Below, piece after piece: positions 42,268-55,240 of a stretch of 64,000 bases of DNA (the stretch's first letter is position 1; the number at the start of each line of letters is the position of its first letter). Position numbers and translations under genes: made by a program. This stretch comes from the human T2T-CHM13v2.0 reference genome, Homo sapiens. The DNA is taken from NCBI RefSeq assembly GCF_009914755.1, contig NC_060947.1. One strand, written 5' to 3'. Under the pieces are notes generated by a model. The model was not told where the DNA came from, made no database searches, and saw only the letters and a list, made by a program, of their open reading frames with translations.

Positions 42268-45200
42268 GGAAGAGTCCTAGTGCTAAATTGGGCTCAGAGC
42301 CAGTGGACTTGGGGGAGCACATGACCTACTTCAACACAAGTGGGTGTGGCTGAAAGAGTGCTTTTGCCACCCCTCACCCAATTCCAAGCAGCGCAGCTTG
42401 TGGATTCAAAAGACCCTTTCCTTCCACTTGAGGAGAAGAGAAAGAAGAGTAAACAGGCTTTGCTTTGAATCTTAGATACGACCTGAACCATAGCAGTGTA
42501 GTAAAGTCATGAGGCCCCCTTTTTAGGCACTAGCTCCCAGATGACATTTCTAGACATACCCTGGTCCAGAAGGAAACCCACTACCTTGAAAGAAAGAAAC
42601 CAGTCCTAGAAGGATCCATCACCTCCTCACTAAAGTGACCTTGAGCCCTGAAAACCCAGTAGCAATACCCAGGTATTATGTCATGGCCCTGGGTGAGACT
42701 CTGAGACTTGCTGGCTTCATATGAGACTCAGCACATTCCCAGCTGGGATAACTATGGAAAGAGACTACTTCTGCTTCAGCAAAGCAGAGGCAAATGTAAA
42801 AGGAATTTTGTCATTCACCTTAGGTACCAGCTCAGTCAAAAAGGTATAGAACACCAAGTGCCTTTCTTCTTAGAAGGCATTTATAGACTTGCCCTAGGCC
42901 AGAGTGGAGCCCACTGTCCTGAAAAGCCAGTCCCAGGCCAGGCAGCATTCACCACAAGCTGACTGAAGAGACCCTGGGCTTTAAGGCAATATTGGCAGTA
43001 GACAAGTAGTACTCACCATGGGCCACTGGTGGTGGTGGCCATGGGGTGAGGCTTCTCTTCCTGTGGAAAGTCGAGGAAAGAGTGGGAAGTACTGAGTTTT
43101 GTGGCTTAAGTACCTGCTCAGATTCAGTACAATAAAACACCAGGTAGATTTCTAAGGTTTTTAACTCCAGTCCCTGGACCCTGATCACACCTCTGGATTC
43201 CCCCAGGGCCTGGAGGAACTCATCATTCTGAAGTAAAAGACAAATACCTGGCTTGCATCATCATGTGCTGATTGTAGAGCCCAAGGGCCTTGGGTAAACA
43301 TAGGGAGTAACCAGTTAGTGGTTACAGTGGGCCTTGGGAGAGACCCAGTACTGTGCTGGCTTCAGGTCTGGCACAGTGAAGTCCTGGGGGTGGTGGCCAC
43401 AGGAGTGTTACTCTGTCCCCAGGTCTAGGTAGCTAAGAAGAGAAGGTGAGACTCCTCTTGTTTGGGAGAAAGAGAACAAAAGATTCTGCCTGATAATCCA
43501 AATAGTTATTTGCATCTTATCAAAGATTATCAAGGTAGTGCCTCTAAGACTTTATAAAAACACTTTTTTACTCAGCTTGGGGTGTCCGCTAGTGCAGATA
43601 TGGCCTAGATCACAAAGCGCAAGTCCTTTTGAATACCTGAACAGCCTTCCCAAGAAGAACATGTACTAACACAAACAGCACAGACTGCAAAGACTACAAT
43701 AAATACTTAACTCTTCAATACCCAGACACAGATGAAATCATAGGCATCAAGAAACCATGACCAGGAAAATATGACCTCATCAACTGACCAAAATAAAGAG
43801 ATAATATTGGAGAAACAGAGATATGTGACCTTTTGGACAGAAAATTCAAAATAGCTGTGTTGAGAAAAATCAAAGAAATTTAAGATAACACAGCAAAGGA
43901 ACTCAAAATTCTATTAGATATATTTAACAAAGATACTAAAATAATTTTTTAAAAAAATCAAGCAGAAAATCTGAAGTTGAGAAATGAATCTGAAATAATA
44001 AAGCATGTATCAGAGGATCTTAATAGCAGAAACAATCAAGCAGAATAAAGAATGAGTAAGCAGAAGAAAGAATGAGTAAGACAGGCTATTTGAAAGTACA
44101 GTCAGAGGACACAAAATAAAAAAAGAATAAAAAACAATGAAGAACACATACAGGATCTATAAAACAGCCTCCAAAGGAAAAAATCTAAGAGTTATTGGCC
44201 TTAAAGAGGATGTAGAGAAAGAGATAGGAGTAGAAAGTTTATTCAAAGGGATACTAACAGAGAACTTCCCAAACTTAGATAAAGATATCAATATCCTAGT
44301 ACAAGAAGGTTATAGAACACAAAGCAGATCAAACTACAAAGACAACTACCTAAAGGCATATAATAATCAAACTCCCAAAGATCAAGAATAAAGAAAGGAT
44401 ACTAAAAGCAACAAGAGAAGAGAGACAAATAACACACAATGGCACTCCACTATTTCTGGCAGCAGATTATTTAGTGGAAACTTTACAGGACATGAGAGAG
44501 TGGCATGGCGTATTCACAATGCTGAGAGAGAAAACTTTTACCCTAGAACAGTCTATCCAGTGAAAATATGTTTACAACATGAAGGAGAAATAAACAACGT
44601 CCCAGACAAAGTAACGCTGAAGGATTTCATCAACATCAGATCTGTCCCACAAGAAATGCTAAAGATAGTAGCTCAACCAGAAAGCAAAGGATATTGTGAG
44701 CCGTAAGAAATTATCTGAAGGTTCAAAATTCATCGGTAATGTTAAGAAAACAGAAAGACACAGAATATTACACAAGTGCATCCATGGTATGTAAACTACT
44801 GTTATCTTAAATAGAAAGACTAAATGATGAACCAATAAAAATAACTACAACAACTTTTCAAGACATAGACAGTACAATAAGATATAAATAGTTACAACAA
44901 AAAGTTTAACAACAGGGAGACAAAGTTTTTATTTGTTTTGTTTTTTGCTTGCTTTTTATGAAAACAGTGATAAGTTGTAATCAGCTTAAAATAATGAGTT
45001 ACAAAATATTAATAGCAAACATTATGGTAAACTCTAATCAATAAACACAAAATGGGGGCACAAAAAGTAAAAAGCAAGAAATAAAAGCATACCACCAGAG
45101 AAAATCACTTTCACTAGAAGGAAGGCACAAAATAAGTAAAGAGGGAAGAAAAAACCATAAAACAACCAAAAAAAAATAGCAGGAGTAAGTGGTTAGTATA

Positions 45201-45530
45201 AATAATAACATTGAATGCAAATAAACTAAAGTTTTCAATAAAAAGAGATAGAGTGGCTGAATGGATGAAAAAGCAAGACCCTTTGATCTGTTGCCTGTAA
45301 GAAATATATTTCATTTATAAAGACACACATAGTCTGAAAATAAAGAAATGAAAAATGATATTCCATGCCAATGGAAACCAAAAAAAAGTGGGAGCAGCTT
45401 TACTTGTATCACACAAAGTACATTTAGACACAAAAACTACAAGAGCAGATGAAGGAAGTCACTATGTAATGATAAAAAAGTGAATTCAGCTAGAAGATGT
45501 AACAATTTTAAATATATATGAACCAAACAT
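42268..45530 (+). mobile_element. L1 partial 5'UTR, ORF1 and start of ORF2 endonuclease (copy B)
   Basis: ORF1 peptides NLRVIGLKEDVEKEIGVESLFKGILTENFPNL and FYPRTVYPVKI; endonuclease-region sequence at 45200-45530. Confidence 0.85.
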
Positions 45531-46046
<516 letters not shown>

Positions 46047-46054
46047 ACTAATTA

Positions 46055-46150
46055 ATATAATTGTTGAGAAGAATAAATGAGATAATACACATAAGGCATT
46101 CAGTACAGTGCTTGGTCAACATTAAGTGCTCAGTAAATACCAGTTAAATA
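46055..46150 (+). mobile_element. MIR 3' fragment
   Basis: ttgttgagaagaataaatgagataatacacataaggcattcagtacagtgcttgg...aagtgctcagtaaat. Confidence 0.75.
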
Positions 46151-46474
46151 CTATAATTGATTTAACTACTCACATATTGGCTGACATTTTTATTATCTGT
46201 AAAAATGTTTTCATTTTACAGTACTGAATTAGCACTCATTCACAATTGCACATGTATTTATGTAGGTTTTTTTCTAGAATGTAGTATACTTATATTTTAA
46301 AATTTAGTATAGATTCGGGAAGTGGATTTCAAACTTCCTGAAGAAGGTCTCTTCAATGAGAAGAAACCTCAACAACTGGTCTTAGAGAGTGGATTGAGTG
46401 AAGAAGTTATAAAGGATTCAAACTAAATTCCCAAACTTCTGCTTGAACAAGTTCAGCTCTACTTTTGTTTGTTT

Positions 46475-49400
46475 TGTTAGCAGTGGCAGAGATCTGAGTT
46501 ACCCCAAGTTACTGGCAGTGAATCCATACACATCTGCAGCAACTTGAATTCTTGATTCCTCAGAAGAAAGAATTTGACTGAAGGGCATATATCATAAAAA
46601 GAGACCAAGGCAAGTTTCCTAGCAGAAGTGGAAGTTTATTTAAAAGGTTTTAGAGCAGGAAAGAAAGGAAAGTTCACTTGGAAGAAATCCAAGAGGGTGC
46701 ATGAAAGTTAAAGAGAGAGAGGGTCAAGTGCCCCATTTAACGATGATCCTAGGACTTTAATTAGCTCACCTCTTTCCCATGATTCTTCCCTAAGGGTGGG
46801 CTGCCCGCATGCACAGAGCCCACCTTACCTTTGTGAAATGAGCATGTGCAGTGTGTTTATGAAGTTGCATGCATGCCCATCTGAGGATTTCTTCCCTTTT
46901 CCAGTGGAGTGTATCCAGAATATCATACTTTGCCATTTTTGTCTCTTAATGTGCATGCCCAGAAAGTTTCTTCTCCCTGGGGTCTGCCTGTAGTTAACAC
47001 TTTAATGTTAGTATCTGTGGACCATCAGGAAATGGTCTCTCCCTGGTGCTGGCTGCCAATTTATTACTTTTAGAGAGGCAATGCAATAATTGCTGAACCA
47101 ACACCTGACATTTCTAGTGGGTAGGGGGAAGAAGAGCCCTCTCCTGCCCGACTCATGCCTAACTACCTTTAACCTTTTACCCCTCAAGAGCCAAGACCCC
47201 TGAATCTTTAGGGGAGAATGAATGAAGGTCTATTTTCCATAACTGCTTCCCACAGACAAAGGGGCAGTAGTGGTCCTGTGGGTCTCAGTCTCTCTAGCTG
47301 TCAGGGCAAGAGGGTGACTCCATGCATAGGTGAAAGCAGTATCCAGCCAGTTGCAAGGGAGACAGGGGAAGGATTTTGGCTCCTTCCTGTAAAAGGATGC
47401 CTCTTGATTATTGAGGGAATAGTATCCCTCACTGAGGATTATCTGGAGCTTGATGGCCTGAAGGTGAGACGAGACAAACCAGCTTATTAGATTAGAAGAC
47501 ATGGACCAAAAGTTGTTCACTGAGGGGCAGGGAATACAGGAATTTTTTATGATTTCTACAACTGGTTTGCACAGAGTGGAAAGCCAGAAGTCAGACTGGT
47601 AGAAATTTTAATCTTTTATTTTGGAGGGAGGGGATGTCATTTGCCCCACCTGACAGGCTTATCCCCGTAGTCCTTATTCTACTCTTGGTTACAAAAGACT
47701 TAAGAGGCTAATCTGAGGACCTCCCGCACAGGGGTACTGGATTCTAAGACAGACTCTTGCAATTTCCTCCGAGTTTATTTTTAAGCCAAGCAGTTTAAGA
47801 TTTAGGGAAATTAAACTTTTCCCAGTTTTAGGAAATGCATCTGAGGGCCATGTCCTGCAGTATGAAGATGCAATTACCCATCTCCCACTGTGAAGAGAGA
47901 ACATAGGAGATAAAAGAGGGAAAATGAAAAAGAAGGTGTCACCTCTTTCTTCCTATTATTGTTGATGGGGTATTCCTCATCATCCTGAATTCCAAGCTCA
48001 ACCAGTCTTACTGTGTACCCTTGGTCTCATTTCACCACAATTACCTACTTGAGAACAGAGGAGATCCTGTTATCCCTGTTCCCATGGTAATCTGCTAGCC
48101 TGGGACAACACTTGCATATGCAGCAACTCTCTTGCATATGTGAGCTTGGGCAAGCCTTGTCTCCAAGACCTTATAGTAACCCTCACTTGAAGTATTTTAG
48201 TAATAAAATGATCATCACTTTTCTTAGAAGCTTGTTTCTCTGTTAACTGCCACAGGGGCTGGACTTCCCTCCCTTAGAATATGACTTTGAAGGCCTCGTT
48301 GCCTGTTGAAATGGGTGTGGAACAAATTAGAGAAATGGAGGCTATAGGAGAAGGTGGGAGGAAGCAAGAAGAATGCTCATGAAAAGCCTTCATATGCTCG
48401 CAAAAACAGCAGCCCTTGGATTCAAGAGAGAAACGTTTGTTTGCCCTCCAGAACAAAAAGTCAAATGAAGCAGTAACCCTCAAAGTCTTAGGGCTTAGGT
48501 TTCAAATTTCTCCTCTTCCCAAAGCCCTACCAGCTTAAAAAGCAAGGGGGTGGAGTCCTTAAAGGGCCAGAGTGAAGACCTATGCAGGTGGACAACCTGC
48601 TTTTCAAAAGCTATCAGAAAACTTAGCACTGTGGCATAATAGGAATGAAAAGCACATGGTGAGTTATAAAAACTGGCAGGGCCAGAGTTCCAATTTGGTT
48701 CTGTCCTGGAAAAGAGGTGATTTTAGTTGAAAGAAAAAGCAGGGAAGAATTAAAGTTCACTTGAGCTGGTAGAAACAAATATAAACCTCAGGGAATATCT
48801 ACAAGGGAGCCCACACCTTTACTGCCACACAAACTCATAGAACTGTGGTGAGCAAATAACATAGAATGTGTGTTTAAGAAGTCTAGTGGCATGCAAAGTG
48901 AAAACAAAGAGGCAGACTTGCCCTCAAGGTGGTAGGTCCGGCAACCAGTGTGCAAACCCATTTCAGAACACAGATAGAGAAAGCAAGAGACAGAGAGAGA
49001 GAAAACATTCATGGGGGTCAGACGCCTCCGGCCAAATAAGATGAGGGATAGAAATCTCTTACCACTAGGAAGGTATCCAAGTCACGTGCACCAAATATGT
49101 TAGCAGTGGCAGAGATCCAAGTTACCCACAGTTACCACTGGGAATCCATACACGTCGACAGCAATTTCAATTCTTGCCTCCTTAGAAGAAAGAATTCGAC
49201 TGAGGAGAATAAAGCAGAAAAAAGAGACTGATGCAAGGTTTAGAGCAGGAGTGAAAGTTTATTTAAAAGGCCTTAGAACAGAAAAGAAAGGAAAGTTCAC
49301 TTGGAAGAGATCCAAGACAGTGCAAGAACGTTGAAGAGAGAGAGGGTCAAGTGCTCCATTTAATCATGATCCTAGGACATTTATTGGTTCGCCTCTTTCC

Positions 49401-49800
49401 CATGATTCTTCCCTTGGGGTGAGCTGCCCACATGCACAGAGCCCACCTTATCTTTGGGAAGTGAGCACGTGCAGTGTGTTTATGAAATTGCATGCGTGCC
49501 CATCTGAGGTTTTCTTCCCTTTTCCGATGGAGTGTACTCAGAAGATTATACTTTGCCATTCTTGTCTCTTAATGTGGATGCTCAGGAAGTTTCTTCTCCC
49601 TGGGGTCTGCCTTATTTGACATTTTAATGTTAACAGGTATGGACCATCAGGAAATGGTCTCTCCCCAGTGCCAGCTGCCAATTTATCACTTTTAGACAGG
49701 CAATGCAATAATTGCATTAGTGATAACCACTAAATAACATATTTAGTGGTTGAGGGGAAGAGCCCGCTCCTTCCCAACTCATGCCTAACTACCTGTAACC
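46475..49800 (-). mobile_element. MER50-type (MER4-group ERV1) non-autonomous two-LTR element: LTRs 46475-47174 and 49098-49800, ~1.9-kb noncoding interior
   Basis: Two ~700-bp direct repeats (tgttagcagtggcagagatc...ctcatgcctaactacc). PBS-like sequence at ~49074-49093 (reverse complement tggtgcacgtgacttggata, tRNA-His-like) and PPT-like sequence at ~47175-47185. Confidence 0.85.
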
Positions 49801-50301
49801 ATTTTATATATTGGAGTTCAAAGTACATTTTTCTGGAGGACAAAAGTACTAAGAGTTTCTGCTACTAAACATCAACCTGCACAAACATTTGTTAGGGGAT
49901 GAGAATCCAAGGATTTATGCTTTTAATAATTTTTCCAGGGATTCTGATGAATAGTAAATTGGATAATTGTTAGAAAACTTAGGAACACGGACTTGGAATC
50001 AGATGCATCTGGGATCCCTAAGTTCAAATCTACCCACTTAAAAGCTGTAGAGTACCTTTCAGCCCATCATGTGTATCATTGCCAATGACCTGCTTTTATA
50101 CAATTTACGTTCAGTTGCACATGGTAAATCAGATATCCATACTCCCTTAGTGTTACTGATCCCACTTCCCTACAGCTATCTTTGCGGATATGACTATTGG
50201 GAACCAGTTCATTTTCCCTTCTCCCTATCCCAAGTCTGCTGCTCTGATATGGCTGACAATCTTTCTGCTAATTGCTTTAGACATATTGATATTCCTCTAA
50301 T

Positions 50302-50481
50302 TTAGTAGTTCCCAAACTTTCATGCACATTAGAATCTCCTGAGGATGTTTTAGAAGTATTGACTCCCAGGTTACACTCTATACCAATTAAATTAGAATGT
50401 CTGGTGGTGGATGTCCAGGTAGCAGGAGTTTTAAAATACCCCTAGGTAACTCCAATTTACACAACAATTGGAAACAACTGC
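50302..50481 (+). mobile_element. MER5A1-like MITE
   Basis: tagtagttcccaaacttt..cacattagaatctcctg..ccaattaaattagaat..ttggaaacaactg. Confidence 0.7.
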
Positions 50482-51719
50482 CCTGATTGGGGGCCTGATG
50501 TGGTTTATTTTCCAAATGTTTCAGTCAGCTACTAGTCCTTGAGCTAATTTTAATTCGAGTCAACAAGCAGCTGGAAAACTTAAGAACTTCAGTGCAAAAA
50601 AAAAAAAAAAAAAAGTTACAGCCCACCTTTCAACAGAATCTCAGCAGTCCCATCACAGTGTCCCTGAGATGCCCCTGCCCTAGTACTGAGAACTCTCCAT
50701 ATTCCATTCCTTGCATCAAGAGCAATAATTCGTTAGTGGAGAAAGTGTCTCTGGAAAGACATCAAAGAGAAGATGACATTTGGAGTAGCCTGGAAGGAGG
50801 AAAAAGATTTTCACAGGTGCAGATATAGAAGAAAAGAGCCTTATAAAAATTGGCAACAGCCAGAGAAAAGGTATGAAGCTATTGTAGTGAAGAGCACAAT
50901 GCTACATGTTTTTATATTTTATCAGTATTTCTCAGAGTAAATCTGAAGGACTACCCCTGCGGGTAGAAAACAGACATCTGCATTTCTACCAAAGTCCGAA
51001 GATCATTCTGGAGTTTGACCTTTACCTAAGAGACAGTTGGATACCCTCCTCAATGGGAAAATACGTTTGGAGTTTACCTTCCTTTGCACTCTTTTTCTCC
51101 CTCCTGCAGGCTTGCTAGCTGCTACGTAACCCCGACGTCAGTTTTTTCTGCCCCCTTGTGGATAGAGTTAGGAACTGTCCTTTACTTTCCCATTCAATTC
51201 ACTGTGAATGGCCTTGGAAAGCACATTACCTGGAGTCTTATGCCCAGCAAGCAAGATCAGAAACATTAGAGAGATTCTTGGAACATCTCTCTTTTGTCTT
51301 TCTGTATTCTTTTAAAAATAAATCTTTTCTTAGCTGTATCCAGGGAGTCTGATTCCACAGCCTCCTTGAATTACATTCCTGTGGTAGAGGATGGGGGATT
51401 TTGAATGGTAGGCCACACATAATGTTTTTTAGGAGTGGAGATGTTTTGCTGGAGAGTTAACTTGCTGGAAGCAGGATTTTGATGAGATGAACATGAAAGA
51501 GGCACACAGGGTGGATTGGATGAGAGAAAAACAAGATAGAGACAGGACCCTCCAGGATAGAGACAGAATAATGTGGGGAGGTGGAGGGCAGACAGATAAA
51601 TAAAGAGGAGCAGTTGTGGGGAAGAGTAAAAGAAGAGAGGGAAAGATGGTGGAGGGATCTTAGGAAGATGAAAGATGATCAAAGAAGACTGTATAGGTGG
51701 ATAGGTGAAAAAGAAATAT

Positions 51720-52666
51720 GTTGCAACACCCATTGATTCCATATTTGTACATAGCTGGCTATTAGTAAGAATTCTTTCTGGTAATGAACCATGTTTTTAT
51801 GTCTTTCCCATGTATTATGAAACTAAGGAATAATACAACAAATGCTTATCCTGTGATACTAAACCATTTGTGTCTTACAGGATTGCCCTGAAGCTGGTAG
51901 AGAGAAACACAGTGCTTTAGTAAATAACGAATTAATTAGATTATCTAACGGTAAGATATGGAAAACATCCTACAGCTTTAAGGTTACTAAAATGCCATTT
52001 CTTCTTATCTGACACACCAAAGATGATACCACAAGGACAATTTTTATCACAGGTTGTAGGTGGTATAAAAATGAATATTTTTTAGTTCAGTAGATGAATC
52101 AGAAATAATCCTTTTTTAAAGCAAAATTTAATTAAGGAAATTTATTGTACGTCTGTAAATAGTTGAATAGAATTCTCTCCTCCCCAAAAGATTTCATAGC
52201 CTTAATGTCCAATACAAATCACATTTAACATTCTACATTTGGATTTTTCCCCACATGACTGAAAAAATCTATTGCAGATATTTGTCCAAAGTGTGGTATA
52301 CGACCATCTGCATTTCTCCTTTTTATTTCACTCCCAAGAAAATTTGTCCTTAGAAGTAAAATGTCTATCAGCAAACATGATTTTAGGTGTCTTTTTCAGG
52401 ATGTTGAAAATGAGACATCCTCAATTCTGCCTTTTCAACTATCATTAATGAAGCTTTGATGTCATTTGATACCCAAATCAAATAACGTCATTAATGAAGC
52501 TTTGGTATCCTTTGGCACTAAAGTCAAATGGTGTCGTTAATGAAGGTTTGGTGTCATTATCCACTTTTCATGGATAATTGAGTTAATTGTATAATGATTA
52601 ATTTTTTGATAGCAGAAGTCATGATAAATCTCATATTACCTACAAAGCATAGATGTCATTGGTGGG
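51720..52666 (+). mobile_element. piggyBac-like DNA transposon remnant (probably Looper): degraded transposase C-terminal part and right end
   Basis: Ordered motif remnants FMSFPCIMKLRNN (from 51796), RWYK (52058) and CPKCG (52283). Ends GGG followed by TTAA (52664-52670). Subterminal palindromic repeats. Left boundary uncertain. Confidence 0.6.
52442..52558. repeat. 46-bp tandem repeat (about 2.5 copies); each full unit contains a 13-bp imperfect inverted repeat
   Basis: Units begin at 52442, 52488 and 52534 with tc(a/g)ttaatgaag(c/g)tttg. Confidence 0.9.
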
Positions 52667-52774
52667 TTAATGGCAGTTTTAAAAAATGTGGACTGCAAGA
52701 TAAAATCATTGGTACTTAAGCTTCAAGGGAATAATGATTGCTAAGAAAGCTCAAGGTTAATTCTCTAGATAAAT

Positions 52775-53035
52775 GGCTATCATATAGTATCGTATAGTAT
52801 TTACTATGTGGCAAACATTGTTCTAAGAGCTTTATACATTTTTACTTATTTAATCATCGTAATAACAACAAGACATTGGTATTCATATTATTTTCCCTTG
52901 CACAGATAAGAACACTGAGGCAAAGGGAAGTTAAGCAATTTGCCCTATGTCAAGCAGCTACTAATTGGCAGAGGTGGAACTTGAACCCAGACAATCAGAT
53001 TCTAGAATCCATGCTATTAACCACTACATTGTATC
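52775..53035 (-). mobile_element. MIR
   Basis: tttactatgtggcaaacattgttctaagagcttt...cagataagaacactgaggc...ttgaacccagacaatc. Confidence 0.85.
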
Positions 53036-54616
53036 ACGTCTTATATAAAAGTACCTGGAAAAGAAAGCTGTTGGAATAGGGGTGGAATGCTAATTAGGAT
53101 TTTGTTTTTGTCCCTTCACAAATATTACAGTGGCTTTTTTTCCTACAGAGAATGTGTTTTCTTGCAATGTGGTATAACTACAATTCCTGCTAGAGCTGAC
53201 TCTGATATTATCTATACATAATTCTAAGCCTTCTGAACATTATTATGTGACCTGGTGCTGAGTATGTAGGATGGTATCATTTAAATTCTGGGTTCCTTAA
53301 CCTATGTTCTTTTCTTGCCCTTTCTAAGCTGTTGGGAGTCATACAACTCCATAGCACTCAAAGTGAAAATTCTATGTTACATGTTCATTAGAATACACTC
53401 AATTGTTTAAGTACTAAAGTTTAAATATTATGAGTCAGGGTCATCCTCTTATATATTTGTTGCAATATTAAGTGTGTGGCAGACATGAATGCCCACATAC
53501 TGTTGTAGTTAATTTCTTAAAGAGCTAAAAAGCCATAATACAATTGTTTTTGCCTTAGCTAAGATAACAAGGAATAATCTGTTAGTGTTGGTATGAAATG
53601 CACACTAGATAATGTTTTCCTTGTTGATGATTCTTAATACCCATTATTATAGTTCAACCTGAGTATAGATCTCATTTGCTGAATTAAGAAGGATAATTTT
53701 AAATAAAACTCTAAAACTGGAACACTTAGTCAACATGACTGTTTCTGAATAGTATGTTTTGAAGAAATATACAAAAGAAAATCAGAGGATAACAATATCA
53801 AGGATTCATGTTTAAAATATTTTCAGTGTATGTTTTGGACTCATTCCAGACATTGTTCAATTTTCTACATTTAACTTGTGCTAAACAAATCTTAAAAAAA
53901 AACTTTAGTCATTTTGTCTTAAGGGCACACAAATGCTTTCTGGCTATGCTTTGCATCCCACTCAGGCTTCTTCATCTACCTTCCTTCCAAAATGTTCTTC
54001 TTCCCATCACATCAAATTTCTTAAGCAGCAGGTTCACCTGACCTCAGCTTAGCTGTTAGGAGGAAAAAACTGGTCAATTAAATGTATTCATTAAGGTGTG
54101 GTCAATGACTGAAATGCTTGAATATGTTAGCTTTCCCATAAGTATTCGCATTTTAAAAGAATTTCATTTTAACTTAAAGCAATCTCTAATACTAGAATTG
54201 CTACAAAAATCTATTTGTCAAGGACAATTTTTCTGGTGCACTACAAATTAAGTCTCCAGGAAAGTAGCTCAAAGGTTGTTTCTCTTGTAAAGCAAAACTG
54301 GATATTAAGAGAGACCACTTTTTTCAAGATTTTTCAAGAAACATGTATAGATGCTAAAACCCTTGAGTTGTTACACATTTGAGAATGTTTCCTTTACCTT
54401 TGAAATAAACATCATTCTAGATGGATACAGAATTATTGGGCTACAGCATTTTATATTGATTTGTTCTACTGTTTGCTTGAATCCATTCCCAATGAGATTT
54501 TTGAGACCAGCCATGGGGTTTCATTTTGTAAGTCATCTATTTCCTTTGTTGAAATAATTGTTTCTTTCTTTGTCCTTGAAGTTCAAAGATTTTATAAGAA
54601 TATATCTTGTTCTTAA

Positions 54617-54827
54617 TGAAACACATGGACACAGGGTAGGGAACATCACACACCGGGGGCCTGTCGGGGGGTCCAGGACTAGGGAAGGGATAGCATTAGG
54701 AGAAATACCTAATGTAGATGACGGGTTAATGGGTGCAGCAAACCATCATGGCACGTATATACCTATGTAACAAACCTGCACGTTCTGCACTCGTATCCCA
54801 GAAGTGTAATTTAAAAAAAAAAAAAAA
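54617..54827 (+). mobile_element. Short L1PA (PA6/7-like) 3' end with poly(A), inserted in an old antisense L1 (~54330-55040)
   Basis: L1PA 3'UTR; flanking direct repeat aagaatatatcttgttcttaa at 54596-54616 and 54828-54848. Confidence 0.93.
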
Positions 54828-55044
54828 AAGAATATATCTTGTTCTTAAGCATTTCCTAACAATTTTTCCAAGTACCCTTTTGATCTACAATGTCTAAGTT
54901 TCCTTTATTTCAGAAAAGTTTGCTTTTATTATGTCTTTCAATTTGGGGGTAATTTCTGCTCCATATTTCAAAAATACCAGTTATTACATGTTAGATCGCC
55001 ATCATCTGTCTTCTATAGAAATCATCTTCTTTTGCTTCTTTTGT

Positions 55045-55240
55045 ATCTAGATTCAAGTTCCAGTTCTGCCACTGACTAGCTATGTGGCCTTAGACCAGTT
55101 TCATACCCCCTCTGAGCCACTTGTAAAATGTAGCTAATAATAGTATCTGCCTTATTGTTTCGTTGTGAGGTTTGAATGACATAATTGTGTAAACCACTTA
55201 GCACCATGGCCTATAGCTGATATTTATATTAGCAATTATT
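55045..55240 (+). mobile_element. MIR
   Basis: ttcaagttccagttctgccactgactagctatgtggccttag...tgtaaaatg..ataatagtatctgcct...cacttagcac. Confidence 0.8.

Noticed and set aside
51371-51742. 123-aa minus-strand ORF
   Set aside because: It arises from a low-complexity purine-rich tract, giving a biased L/S/P/F composition with no domain.
51881-51950. Apparent 70-nt exon (ttacag|GATTGC...AACG|gtaaga) with an open frame
   Set aside because: It lies inside the piggyBac-like remnant, the peptide is unrecognised and no partner exons were found. Exonisation cannot be excluded without RNA data.
52442-52558. CRISPR-like appearance (repeats with hairpins)
   Set aside because: Eukaryotic context, no unique spacers and no cas genes; it is a tandem repeat.
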